Of a stretch of 64,000 nucleotides of DNA, positions 1 to 9,541 are shown one piece after another. The position numbers and the translations under genes were made by a program. The stretch is taken from the IMG/VR virus record IMGVR_UViG_3300021375_002698, one strand, 5' to 3'. Numbering within the stretch: position 1 is the first letter of the stretch; every line of letters starts with the position of its first letter. The DNA is from a virus. The notes beneath the pieces are model-generated. The model searched no databases and had not been told where the DNA came from. It worked only from the letters and a program-made list of their open reading frames with translations.

Positions 1-151
1 TATCACAGCAAAACTTTGCTTTACTCATATTAGTACTAGAATCCACTTCTCTATGATCAAAGTCTCTTTGTAAATAATCTTCAGGCATAAATTCAGACTC
101 ATTTAATACACTTTTTATAATACTTCTTAACTTACTTTCAGTTATTTTCAT
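1..151 (-). CDS. Partial gene (runs off the window) with MKITESKLRSIIKSVLNES leader, putative virion/head protein
   Basis: Hand translation from ATG at 151 is open to position 1; GGAG SD upstream; leader matches that of 803..1408. Confidence 0.75.
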   Translation of the reverse strand, partial: MKITESKLRSIIKSVLNESEFMPEDYLQRDFDHREVDSSTNMSKAKFCCD

Positions 152-199
152 ATTAATCTCCTTAATTTTTTAATATATCTATATATTATCAGCAAAAAA

Positions 200-670
200 T
201 TACATTCTTAATTGCTTTATTTTACCATATGCTCTACTATAATTATTCTTTACCATCTCACAATTACTCTTTATACTCTCACAAAACGCTAATTTAAACT
301 CTTCATCAACTCGATCAACTAAACGAGAAACCTCAGACTTCCAATACTTCAAACAAGCGTGCGTTGAAGGTAAACTCTTAAAATTATCCTCACAACCTGA
401 TGATAAAGCATCACATATTTTATTCACTTCTTCTCTTGACAAGAACCCAAATCTAATTGAATCAACTAATGTACCGAAAAATCCTGTACTCACACTCATT
501 AACTTCATTACTTCAACCTTGGAACTAGCACCACTTATCTGATCCTTTGGCACCACAGAAGTCATAGTCTGTTTATCAATAGGATCAGGACTAGGTCTCA
601 TACTATATACGTCTTCACTTATCAAATCTCTCCAACTCTCAACTAATAATCTTGTCTCTTCTTTGTTCAT
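200..670 (-). CDS. Hypothetical protein with ETRLLVESWRDLISE leader
   Basis: ORF with GGAG SD; leader shared with 1480..1989. Confidence 0.7.
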   Translation of the reverse strand: MNKEETRLLVESWRDLISEDVYSMRPSPDPIDKQTMTSVVPKDQISGASSKVEVMKLMSVSTGFFGTLVDSIRFGFLSREEVNKICDALSSGCEDNFKSLPSTHACLKYWKSEVSRLVDRVDEEFKLAFCESIKSNCEMVKNNYSRAYGKIKQLRM

Positions 671-802
671 TACATTAACTCCTAATCAATCTTTATATGC
701 ATATAAATATGTTTAATCAATTCAATATGAAAAGTTTAACACAATTAAACGTCGTGACACAGGCGACACCCATCTCGATCAAAATTATCAAATATTTCCG
801 AC

Positions 803-1408
803 TTAAAATCGACCTCTGTCCATCATGTCTTTTTGACGCGCTTTTTCTTCAGATCTTTCTATACTTAAACGATCTAAATGATCTAAATTAGGTTTACCAT
901 ACTTATTTCCTCTTTTAGTAATTGCTTTGATATCATCGCTATAATGAATCTCTCTAGGATCTGTTCCATGGTAACCCGGTGCTGATTTATCTACAAAACT
1001 TTCGCCATCTAATCTTAACTTATAATGCGTATTACTTCCTGCTTCTTTAAAAACAATAATATTAATCTCACTTTTTAAGTCGCTATCTTCAATCACAAAT
1101 AAAGGAATCAAGGCTTTTGACTCATTCTTGTTAGCCCACTTGATATCTTCAACACTATCTGGACTTATTACTATTTCATTTGTATTGATTTGTTTACCCT
1201 TTAATAATTCTATAAGCTTGTCAGCTTCTTGTTCTCCCGCAATTATACCATGATCAGGAATAAAATCATACTTAAGACTTCTTGCTTCAGACTCGCTTAT
1301 CTCTTTACCTCTTTTACTTAAGTCTATATTACCTCTACTATTTTTACTAGCTGATTCTTTCAATATATTTCTTATAATTCTTCTTAATCTACTCTCAGTT
1401 ATTCTCAT
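803..1408 (-). CDS. Hypothetical protein with MRITESRLRRIIRNILKES leader, putative internal head protein
   Basis: ORF with AGGAG SD; shared leader motif. Confidence 0.75.
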   Translation of the reverse strand: MRITESRLRRIIRNILKESASKNSRGNIDLSKRGKEISESEARSLKYDFIPDHGIIAGEQEADKLIELLKGKQINTNEIVISPDSVEDIKWANKNESKALIPLFVIEDSDLKSEINIIVFKEAGSNTHYKLRLDGESFVDKSAPGYHGTDPREIHYSDDIKAITKRGNKYGKPNLDHLDRLSIERSEEKARQKDMMDRGRF

Positions 1409-1479
1409 ATTATCTCCTAATTAATATTTAATATAAATATATATATTCAATCAAATCACAAATATAAATTAAACAAGCA

Positions 1480-1989
1480 TCAACGTCGTGACACCCGAGA
1501 CACCCTACTCCACACAGTCGCTTCCCAACCATCACTATCATCAACATACTTTCGCCCAGTATCTACAAATCCAGCATTGCTAAACGCTCTCTTAGAAGAA
1601 ATATTGTCCACACCAATCAACAAATCAGCAGCTTCTCTACCCACAAAAAACTTCGATATCGCAATACTACCTATTCCTCTAATACTCTCCCTTACTTCAC
1701 TATCAATATAAATCGCACCCACTCTCCATCCACTTCTTTCTTCTCGAGGTGTCATAAACCCCACTAACTCGCCTTCATAATATATTCCCCCTCTTAAACG
1801 TCTACTATCATCAGGATATACAAAACCACTTATCTCACCATCTTCATCTCCCTTCATTAACAAATCGCTATCAATATCATCAGGATATGCTACTTCAACA
1901 TCTCCACTAGCAGCTATATCTATCTCTTCTCTTAATAACTTTCTCCATCCCTCAACTAATAGCTTCGTCTCTCTACAATTCATGCTCAT
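1480..1989 (-). CDS. GNAT-family acetyltransferase with head-type leader
   Basis: VGAIYIDSEVR..RGIGS (motif A) and N.SSKRAF.NAGF (motif B). Confidence 0.7.
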   Translation of the reverse strand: MSMNCRETKLLVEGWRKLLREEIDIAASGDVEVAYPDDIDSDLLMKGDEDGEISGFVYPDDSRRLRGGIYYEGELVGFMTPREERSGWRVGAIYIDSEVRESIRGIGSIAISKFFVGREAADLLIGVDNISSKRAFSNAGFVDTGRKYVDDSDGWEATVWSRVSRVSRR

Positions 1990-2258
1990 AAGTCGCTCTC
2001 TTTTCTTTTATCTATATATCAAAAAGTTATTCAAAAGTTCTCCCGAAAATTTTTGACCAAAAACTGAAAATTGGTTTATCAAAAAGCGCCGCAAACTACT
2101 ACGAAAAGCTATTTCTTTTCTTTCTACTCTTATCTATATACGTGACTCGTGGTGTTAGGGTAACGAAGAAAATACTTTTAAAAGTTGTGAGTGAGGAGAA
2201 GCGACAGCCGACTTAGGCGCGGCCCGTGTAAATTACTCACTGAGTTTGATATAATATA

Positions 2259-2312
2259 GGGGGCTTTTTAGGGGCCCAAAAAGGGCTACTAAGAGCCCCG
2301 GGGCTTTTGGCC
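2259..2312 (+). ncRNA. GC-rich hairpin directly downstream of promoter 2226 (candidate small RNA or origin element)
   Basis: GGGGCTTTTTAG pairs with CTAAGAGCCCC around an inner GCCC-AAAAA-GGGC stem; no ORF before the next promoter. Confidence 0.45.
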
Positions 2313-2344
2313 TAGTGTAAAATTTAAAATTTAATTGATATAAT

Positions 2345-2535
2345 CATCATGTAATAAATAATAAATAATAAAATTATTTAAAATAAAAAAAATAAAAAAT
2401 AAAAAAATTAAATATTATAAATCAGATATTAATATTAAATGTGTATTTTTAAAATATAATATATATAATATCAATATAATAAATAATAAATAAAAAAATT
2501 ATTTAAAATAATAAAATTAAATATTATAAAACTAT
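2345..2535. other. Almost pure A/T tract (possible DNA-unwinding element)
   Basis: About 190 nt with very few G/C. Confidence 0.5.
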
Positions 2536-2627
2536 AAAGATAGGAAATGAAGGAAAACGAGTGTAAAACGATGAGATCAGATAATACAATCATTATGTAA
2601 TTAATTAATATCTTTGAAAGGATATGT

Positions 2628-3299
2628 ATGAAACATCCACTAATACAAACTGTAATTGATAATGCTGAAACAAGAAAATTCCTTAAAGATCTATTCGAAA
2701 AGAATTTATCTGAGGGTAAAGATAAAACTTCTGTTTTAAGATTTGGGGAAGCCTTGATTGATATATTGAAAGATGAAGTCGGTTCATTAAAAGGAAAACG
2801 TGTAACATCTGGAGATACGGGTTGGCGAACTGAAATAAAATCAATGTTTTCGGGACGAGGAAGACAATGGATTAAAGTTGGAATTGATAAGGTGACACCG
2901 AGATTGGATAAATTTGATGAGGATGGAATTGACACATCAGAATATCGAAAATGGATTAAATCTAAGGATTATGCATGGATTAGATTTAATGGAGCTCGAA
3001 TTAATGATGGTGTAAATTGTGGAGGATTTGAGATAAGAACATCAGGATCCAAAATCGATCATCCGAAACAGTTATGTTATATACCGATGGATGAACTCAG
3101 TGAGGATAAAATCGAAAGATTATCAGGAACTCCCCATTCTATGAGTTTAGAAGTTATAACAGAAAAAGTTGAAGAGGAAACGATTGAGGAAACGATTGAG
3201 GAAAACACGAATCTGGACGAAGAGATTGATACAGAGGAAACAACTGGGGAAGTTACGAATGAAGACGAAGTAGATGAAGAAGATATATACTCTGTGTAA
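2628..3299 (+). CDS. Early paralog family GRGR/AWxRF/GSKxDHP, member 1, acidic tail
   Basis: Promoter 2561, GAAAGG SD; motifs shared with 8384, 28514, 30739. Confidence 0.85.
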   Translation: MKHPLIQTVIDNAETRKFLKDLFEKNLSEGKDKTSVLRFGEALIDILKDEVGSLKGKRVTSGDTGWRTEIKSMFSGRGRQWIKVGIDKVTPRLDKFDEDGIDTSEYRKWIKSKDYAWIRFNGARINDGVNCGGFEIRTSGSKIDHPKQLCYIPMDELSEDKIERLSGTPHSMSLEVITEKVEEETIEETIEENTNLDEEIDTEETTGEVTNEDEVDEEDIYSV

Positions 3300-3334
3300 T
3301 TAGGGTTTGGGTTGGGGATTGATGGATAAACGAC

Positions 3335-3422
3335 GATTAGATAAATGATTTGAAGTTACGATGATTAGATAAATGATTTGAAGTTACGATGATTAGATAA
3401 ATGATTTGAAGTTACGATGATT
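3335..3422 (+). repeat. Three perfect tandem 28-bp repeats GATTAGATAAATGATTTGAAGTTACGAT
   Basis: Units at 3335, 3363, 3391; no spacers. Confidence 0.95.
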
Positions 3423-3520
3423 CGTATCGTCAAACGTGTAAAAATTTGATTCTTTAATGTATAATATACATGTAAGGAAGGAAACAATATTTCAAGCAAC
3501 ATCACGATGAAAGGTTTAAT

Positions 3521-3766
3521 ATGATTTTTGTTTCAGTTGTACAACGTGGATATACAGAGTCGCAGTTATATGGTCCATTTAAAACAGTTGAAGAAGCGCG
3601 TCATGAATTTACTGATAGTGTTACACGAGGAGATGATGGTGACGAAACGAAGTATACATTTTTTGAAGTTAAAAATGAAGTGATGAAAGAAGTTGGATAT
3701 GTTTTGTTTTACGATGAGTGTGATGATAAAGATGATTTTAAGGAAGAATATTTTCTAAACGTGTAA
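3521..3766 (+). CDS. Hypothetical protein, paralog of 18702..18923
   Basis: Shared LYGPF.T.EEA and VG.VLF motifs; own promoter and SD. Confidence 0.8.
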   Translation: MIFVSVVQRGYTESQLYGPFKTVEEARHEFTDSVTRGDDGDETKYTFFEVKNEVMKEVGYVLFYDECDDKDDFKEEYFLNV

Positions 3767-3836
3767 TTTATGAAGTTGTTATATTATAATAACGATGTAA
3801 GGATAATTAATCAATTAACGACGAGAGGTTTATTTT

Positions 3837-3920
3837 ATGGATATTTATGGAATTTTATTAACAATCACAGTGACACTTCCAATGGCTGGGTTTATCTATC
3901 TGTTCTTGTTTGAACAATAA
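3837..3920 (+). CDS. 27-aa single-TM peptide MDIYGILLTITVTLPMAGFIYLFLFEQ
   Basis: Promoter 3761, GAGG SD; hand translation. Confidence 0.6.
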   Translation: MDIYGILLTITVTLPMAGFIYLFLFEQ

Positions 3921-3982
3921 ACGTTGTTTTGAGTTGTCATATTGAAAATATTTTTTAACTACTAACATTAGATGAGTGAGGT

Positions 3983-4171
3983 TTGTGTATGTTGATTTAT
4001 AAGATCCAGGCATTTTTGATTGTATTGTTTTTGTCTATATCTTTTCTTGGGTGTATATGTTTAGCTTATGATGCATATCTAGGTGACGAAGTTAATGTTG
4101 TGTGCTCTGGAGAGGTTTCAAGGAAAGACTGTGATGAGTATAAAGAGACTATTCGTAATCTTGATAGATGA
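3983..4171 (+). CDS. Small membrane/secreted protein
   Basis: GAGG SD; hydrophobic N-terminus. Confidence 0.6.
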   Translation: MCMLIYKIQAFLIVLFLSISFLGCICLAYDAYLGDEVNVVCSGEVSRKDCDEYKETIRNLDR

Positions 4172-4332
4172 CTTGATGTTACAAGGTTAGGATACGTCAT
4201 CTGTGATGTGTAAAATTTATTAATTAAATATTATAATCACCATGTAATAAATAATAAATTATTTAAAAATTAAATAAAAAAAATATTAATTATTATAAAT
4301 CTTTAAAATTTATAAATCTGAAAGGATTTAAT

Positions 4333-4527
4333 ATGAGTTCTGTTAAAATTCGTCAAGTATACATTGAATATCGTGATATGTCTGTTAGAGAGTTCGGTTA
4401 TGACTCTTTTGTAAAAGCTTTATCTCAATTCGTGACAAGAAACGCAGATTTAGGAGATATTGCGATTGCATCTCAGCTTGCTTACCGTTATCTTACTGAG
4501 CAAAGACAACATGATTATATAATTTGA
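4333..4527 (+). CDS. Hypothetical early protein
   Basis: Promoter 4208, GAAAGG SD. Confidence 0.7.
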   Translation: MSSVKIRQVYIEYRDMSVREFGYDSFVKALSQFVTRNADLGDIAIASQLAYRYLTEQRQHDYII

Positions 4528-4726
4528 TGTGACAAGGCTTGGATACGTTCATCAGCGATGTGTAAAATATAAATTTAAAATATTATAATATTTATGTAAT
4601 TAAGGAAAAACGAAAGGCACTATTTGTTAACTAAAGCACAAACTGTTTGCTTTGATATTGTTTTATTAATAATGTTAATTACAGTTTTAGTATATATATT
4701 ATCAACTTAGACTCACGAGTAAATTT

Positions 4727-4912
4727 ATGTTCAATTTATCTAAAGACTTAGTTTCGTTATCATTTAAAGTTAATAAACTAAGTTTTATGCAAACAGTATT
4801 TTTTGGTTTTAAATTATCAGTCAATCTTTTTGTTCTATCATTTCTGGTATCATTACCTTTTTACATTATTTCTAATGCTGCTGTGTTTATTGATTTGATG
4901 TTACAAGGCTAG
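4727..4912 (+). CDS. Hypothetical membrane protein
   Basis: Hydrophobic ORF ending within the palindromic element. Confidence 0.5.
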   Translation: MFNLSKDLVSLSFKVNKLSFMQTVFFGFKLSVNLFVLSFLVSLPFYIISNAAVFIDLMLQG

Positions 4913-5007
4913 GATACGTCATCTGCGATGTGTAAAATTTAATTTTTAATTGATATAATCTTTATGTAATTAAGGATTTAATATAAAATAATCTGAAAGG
5001 ATTTAAA

Positions 5008-5322
5008 ATGCAGGTTTTAAAAAATACAGCTAATAAAACGGGTTTTTTAAATAAGACTGTTGAACAACAAATCGAAGCGTTAGCTGAAGATTTTTGTAAC
5101 GGTATGGACTACGGTTATAAAATCGATTCAGTAAAAAAAGGCAAGAATGGCTTTTACACTGTATCAGTTGTTTGTCCAACTGGAGCTATGGCTGGTGTTT
5201 GTTTTATGTGGAACCCTGAAACTCAAACTGATTATTACCTTGGTGAGCCTATAGGCAATGAAACTTTTGAAATTCACCCAGCACTTTTCGAAGATTTCAA
5301 AGATTATGTTGTTAACGTGTAA
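5008..5322 (+). CDS. Hypothetical early protein
   Basis: Promoter 4930, GAAAGG SD. Confidence 0.8.
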   Translation: MQVLKNTANKTGFLNKTVEQQIEALAEDFCNGMDYGYKIDSVKKGKNGFYTVSVVCPTGAMAGVCFMWNPETQTDYYLGEPIGNETFEIHPALFEDFKDYVVNV

Positions 5323-5395
5323 TAAATTATTTGGTGTGATATAATTTTTATGTAATCAAGGATACAAACTAAAACAATCTGAAAGGATTTAAAAT

Positions 5396-5605
5396 ATGGA
5401 ATTTACGTATGAATCAGTTAACGATGCTTTAAATCGTCATCATCATAATCTTTCTGGTTACTGGTCTACTCTAGGCTGGGACGATAACATTGCGACGGTA
5501 GGTTATATGATGGAAGATGGAACTGAAGAAGACGTTACTGTAGATAAACAAGGAATTGTGCATGCTTCAGAAAAAGTAATGGCAGAGATGCAAGATATAG
5601 GTTAA
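5396..5605 (+). CDS. Hypothetical protein, paralog of 8095..8304
   Basis: Shared EFTY.S.N..L..HH.NL, LGWD..IATV.Y, EDVT.D, ASEK motifs. Confidence 0.85.
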   Translation: MEFTYESVNDALNRHHHNLSGYWSTLGWDDNIATVGYMMEDGTEEDVTVDKQGIVHASEKVMAEMQDIG

Positions 5606-5674
5606 CCTACATCGTGTAACTAAGTCTCTATTTGTTTTATAATTAATCACCACCCGCCAATAGAAGGATTCAAT

Positions 5675-6118
5675 ATGAATTTATCTCAATTAATTAAAAA
5701 TGCTAAACCAATAAATGATACCACAGTGTTAGGATCAGTCTGGACTGATAATAAAGATTTCTGTTCAACAGAGATGCTGAAGTCTGGCGAACAAATGTTA
5801 ACTGATATGGTTGAGTGTCAAGATCTCATTGCAACCTTAGACATCGCAGAAAAAACAAATGTTTCAATACCAAAACTATCAGCGAAATTAATTAAACAAG
5901 ATGATGACTGGGATTTTATCAAAGTAACGATTGAAAGCAAAATACCTGATGAATTTGCTAATCTCATGTGGGATATTCAAGAAGGTCGTTTCCCATCTTT
6001 GAGTTATCGTGAGAAAAAAAGTGAGTATATTACAACAATCAGAACAACATGGAGAATGGATAAATATATTTTATCTGCTGAAGATAATGTTAATATTATT
6101 AATGCAACCTTATCTTAA
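5675..6118 (+). CDS. Hypothetical early protein
   Basis: Promoter 5614, GAAGG SD. Confidence 0.8.
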   Translation: MNLSQLIKNAKPINDTTVLGSVWTDNKDFCSTEMLKSGEQMLTDMVECQDLIATLDIAEKTNVSIPKLSAKLIKQDDDWDFIKVTIESKIPDEFANLMWDIQEGRFPSLSYREKKSEYITTIRTTWRMDKYILSAEDNVNIINATLS

Positions 6119-6240
6119 TTGATTCGAGTCGTCAAGGTTAGGATACGTCATCTGCGATGTGTAAAATTTAATTTTTAATTGATATAATCTTTATGTAAAT
6201 AAGGATTACAATAACATTTTTAAAAGTAAAGGTATTTAAT

Positions 6241-6660
6241 ATGGAAAACGTTTTATCACTATTTAATATCAATCCTAAAAACCCAACGCTTTGCGAAACA
6301 ACAACTCTGGGCCAAGCGAAACGAGGAAATCGTCAGTTTTATGATACTCATCACAAAGTCTCATACATTACATATTTAAACGGATATGTTCGCCGGGAAA
6401 TTAAAGCAACCTACGTTTCACCTTATACAACAAGTCAAATATCTTATAAAGTTCAAGATCAGTTCGTTATTAACAAAAGAACAGCTACAAAACAAACATA
6501 TAAAGCGCCTAACGGATATGAATACTCATACACATCAACTGGAGTTATCAAAGAGCCTTGTGCCCAAAAGCGAATGGATATCATCGATCATCACTCATCT
6601 AACTACAGAGGATATAAAGGTCGATTCGCTAAACCAAATTATACTCTAATCTCTAGATGA
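6241..6660 (+). CDS. Hypothetical basic protein, paralog of 9542..9946
   Basis: Shared R.G....D and GYVRR.IK motifs; promoter 6159. Confidence 0.8.
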   Translation: MENVLSLFNINPKNPTLCETTTLGQAKRGNRQFYDTHHKVSYITYLNGYVRREIKATYVSPYTTSQISYKVQDQFVINKRTATKQTYKAPNGYEYSYTSTGVIKEPCAQKRMDIIDHHSSNYRGYKGRFAKPNYTLISR

Positions 6661-6773
6661 CTTGATGTCGCAAGACTAAGCAACGTCATCTCTTAAGTGT
6701 AAAATTTAATTTATAATTGATATAATCTTTATGTAAATAAGGATTCAATCCAAAATAATCTTAAAGGATTAAT

Positions 6774-7151
6774 ATGACTACTAAAGACTTACTAAACTCT
6801 ACGTATTTTCAAATCGATTATCGATCTCTCCCTTCTGGCATCGGTCATATCAACTACGAAAGTGGTGACGTCGTTCTTGTTACTGAATCTGATTCAGGTC
6901 CTAAAGATATGGAATGCGCAAGAAAAGTTATTCGAGAAGAATATCTTCCATCTTCAATTGATCACATCCCATTCAGTATGGGTGAGTATTGGGAAGCAGG
7001 CCAAGCAGCACTTGAAGCTATCTTAGAAACTCATGATGTTAAATATGTTATCGACTCTGAATTGTCTTATGAAGTGGAAGAAGATCTTGTAGAAGATATG
7101 GAATATCATATCTTTACACTGCAAAACTGGCTCAAAGCTAGAGCAGCCTAA
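6774..7151 (+). CDS. Hypothetical acidic protein
   Basis: Promoter 6697, AAAGG SD. Confidence 0.8.
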   Translation: MTTKDLLNSTYFQIDYRSLPSGIGHINYESGDVVLVTESDSGPKDMECARKVIREEYLPSSIDHIPFSMGEYWEAGQAALEAILETHDVKYVIDSELSYEVEEDLVEDMEYHIFTLQNWLKARAA

Positions 7152-7177
7152 CAAATTTACAAACAAAGGGTTTTATT

Positions 7178-7453
7178 ATGGATCATTTCAGTTTATATGG
7201 CAAAGATCAAATTGGGATTTGTAAAGATCATGAGCGTATATTAGAATTCGCTGATTGTATTTTATTATACGGCTACGCAATAAAAAGTGAGAATATAATT
7301 AAAGATATGAATAAATTTATTGACAATTGTTTAACAAAGCTACTAAGCGATAACTTAAACGATGGATGTCTTGTGTTAGACACTAAACGTGATTATGGAA
7401 TGTTTAAAAACAAAATACAATTAAATAAAATATTGTTAGAGAGTGTTGTTTAA
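7178..7453 (+). CDS. Hypothetical protein
   Basis: AAAGGG SD. Confidence 0.7.
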   Translation: MDHFSLYGKDQIGICKDHERILEFADCILLYGYAIKSENIIKDMNKFIDNCLTKLLSDNLNDGCLVLDTKRDYGMFKNKIQLNKILLESVV

Positions 7454-7551
7454 AATAACGTAGTATCAAGCTTATACAATAAATGACTTGATGTAACATC
7501 GCTTAGAGTCGTCAACGTGTAAATTGTTAAGTTAATTTTGTATAATATAAA

Positions 7552-7620
7552 TTGCATATTATCAGCAATAGAATTTTTTACTATTACTTTTATTATTTGA
7601 ATTGTAGATAATGTGAGCAA
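7552..7620 (+). ncRNA. Candidate ~70-nt hairpin RNA between two promoters
   Basis: TTGC-ATATTATC-AGCAAT pairs with ATTGT-A-GATAATGT-GA-GCAA; no SD/ORF. Confidence 0.4.
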
Positions 7621-7697
7621 TAAATTTTGTGTAAAATTTAATTTTTAATTGATATAATCATCATGTAATAAATAATAAAGATGGAAGGATTTAAAAT

Positions 7698-7973
7698 ATG
7701 GCTTCAATACGTACAACAAACATCGGAGATATTTTAACCATTAAAAAGATTGCTCAATACAATAAGATCTTAACAAATCACAGCGATCATCCTGAATGTG
7801 TTTATCCTAAAGTTACAGATGTTAATAGAATTTTAACAGTAGGTTCAAATTTAACTGTCATAGCTAAGGGAAAGTGTGAAACAAAGTGGGCAGAATCATA
7901 CGTTACTGTTAAAGATCACAATAACAATTCTTTCGATATCTTATCCAGCGATTTGCGAAGATTCTGCAAGTAA
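7698..7973 (+). CDS. Hypothetical protein (SH3-like beta pattern)
   Basis: Promoter 7629, GGAAGG SD. Confidence 0.75.
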   Translation: MASIRTTNIGDILTIKKIAQYNKILTNHSDHPECVYPKVTDVNRILTVGSNLTVIAKGKCETKWAESYVTVKDHNNNSFDILSSDLRRFCK

Positions 7974-8094
7974 CTCTCATTGTGTAAAATTTAATTTTTG
8001 GTTGATATAATCACCATGTAATTAATAATAAATTATTTAAAAATAATATTAATTATATAAATCTTTAAAATCTATAAATCTGAAAGGATTTAAT

Positions 8095-8304
8095 ATGAAA
8101 TTTGAATTTACTTATAACTCTATTAATCATATTTTATATAATCATCATCCTAATCTATGTTCATGGATGTCTTTAGGATGGGATAAAAAAATTGCTACTG
8201 TACAATACAAACTGAAAGATAATACTGTTGAGGATGTCACAATCGATCGTCAAGCCAATGTAACTGCATCAGAAAAGTTAATGGTTGAGATAAATGAAAG
8301 ATAA
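8095..8304 (+). CDS. Hypothetical protein, paralog of 5396..5605
   Basis: Sequence similarity; promoter 7982. Confidence 0.85.
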   Translation: MKFEFTYNSINHILYNHHPNLCSWMSLGWDKKIATVQYKLKDNTVEDVTIDRQANVTASEKLMVEINER

Positions 8305-8383
8305 TAACTTTTAAAGTGTAAAATTTAATTTTTGGTTGATATAATCATCATGTAATTAATAATAAATCTGAAAGGATTTAAAA

Positions 8384-9136
8384 ATGGATAATTTAAATAA
8401 TAAAGATTCTAACTCTAACTCTAACATCCACGAGGTTCTTATGAGCAACGAAACTCAAATCATCGAATTATTTCAGTCTTTTCTTTCTAACGGAGGCTCT
8501 CCTAAAGTTACAAGCTTTAAAAAGCATCTTGATTCACTCATTAATTCAAACATTAAACCTCTTTGCGTTCGTTCTGGAAAAGCACCAGACGGAGATGATT
8601 GGAGATCGGTGCTCAAAGCTTTATTCGGAGGTCGAGGTAAAAAATGGGTTCAAGTCTCTATAGATAACATCATTCCAACTCTTGATCAATTTGACGCTGA
8701 ATATTATGACACTTTAAAATACAGAGAGTTTATTAAAACTGCAGGATTCGCTTGGATTCGTTTCGCCGGTCCTAGAATGGATATGAATATCCAATCAGCT
8801 GCTTTCGAAGTTAGAACTAACGGATCTAAAATTGATCACCCTAAACAACTCCATTATATCCCAGTAGATAAAATTGAAGAGCTCACTGTTACTTTAAACG
8901 GAACTCCTCATTCACTAAAACTAGAATCAAACAACACTGAAGTTGAAACTGAAACTGAAACTGAAGTTGTAACTGAAACTGAAGTTGTAACTGAAGTTGA
9001 AACTGAAACTGAAACTGAAACTGAAACTGAAACTGAAGTTGAAACTGAAACTGAAGCTGATTCAGAATACACAATAGAAATGTTAGATGAAGACTTCTCA
9101 GACTTATATACAGATGAAGAGCTATTTAACGTATAG
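8384..9136 (+). CDS. Early paralog family member 2, (ET)n acidic tail
   Basis: FGGRGKKW, AWIRF, FEVRTNGSKIDHPKQL, GTPHS; promoter 8316. Confidence 0.85.
   Translation: MDNLNNKDSNSNSNIHEVLMSNETQIIELFQSFLSNGGSPKVTSFKKHLDSLINSNIKPLCVRSGKAPDGDDWRSVLKALFGGRGKKWVQVSIDNIIPTLDQFDAEYYDTLKYREFIKTAGFAWIRFAGPRMDMNIQSAAFEVRTNGSKIDHPKQLHYIPVDKIEELTVTLNGTPHSLKLESNNTEVETETETEVVTETEVVTEVETETETETETETEVETETEADSEYTIEMLDEDFSDLYTDEELFNV
8936..9060 (+). repeat. GAAACT hexamer repeat encoding a poly(Glu-Thr) tail
   Basis: Directly visible. Confidence 0.9.
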
Positions 9137-9161
9137 AATGACGTTATCATGCATTTCTTGA

Positions 9162-9201
9162 TTAATATCATTGTTTAAAAGATATCAGGTAATGATATTA
9201 A
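9162..9201. other. 11-bp perfect inverted repeat immediately before promoter 9204
   Basis: TTAATATCATT...AATGATATTAA. Confidence 0.7.
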
Positions 9202-9269
9202 ATGTGTAAATTAAAATGACTACTTATTATAATAACAATGTAAATCAAATTAAAAAAGGATTTTTCTTA

Positions 9270-9476
9270 ATGTTTTATTCTCATCTACAATCATTTGCGA
9301 TTGGAATTATCATCGCTTCTATAACATTTGTAATGTTTCTTCATCACAAAGAAAGCGAGGCGCAAATTAAAAAGACAAATGAAATGATTAAATATACTAA
9401 AGACGTGTGTATAAATCAAAGACCCAAGAATACAGAAACAAAACTTTGCGAGTTCTTAAAAAAGAAGTATTTATAA
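9270..9476 (+). CDS. Single-TM protein (start revised to ATG 9270)
   Basis: AAAGGA SD; promoter overlaps the track's longer start. Confidence 0.65.
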   Translation: MFYSHLQSFAIGIIIASITFVMFLHHKESEAQIKKTNEMIKYTKDVCINQRPKNTETKLCEFLKKKYL

Positions 9477-9541
9477 GTGTAAATACAATCTTAATTTAAT
9501 ATAATTCATATAACAGCTAATTTAATAAAGGCATAAAATTT

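Larger units (their letters stand above)
4166..7516 (+). repeat. Dispersed ~36-bp imperfect palindrome AGATGACTTGATGTTACAAGGTTAGGATACGTCATCT upstream of promoters
   Basis: Copies at about 4166, 4524, 4895, 6121, 6655, 7483; AGATGAC/GTCATCT terminal inverted repeat in the 4166 and 6655 copies. Confidence 0.85.

Noticed and set aside
3301-3325. G-quadruplex
   Set aside because: Only three G-runs of three or more
3335-3422. CRISPR array
   Set aside because: Repeats are contiguous with no spacers, and no cas genes are in the window
4166-7516. Integron attC sites or CRISPR repeats
   Set aside because: No consistent RYYYAAC/GTTRRRY ends, no integrase seen, and spacing is gene-sized and irregular
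8889-9171. Minus-strand QFQFQ and SVSVS ORFs
   Set aside because: Antisense shadows of the GAAACT repeat in 8384..9136
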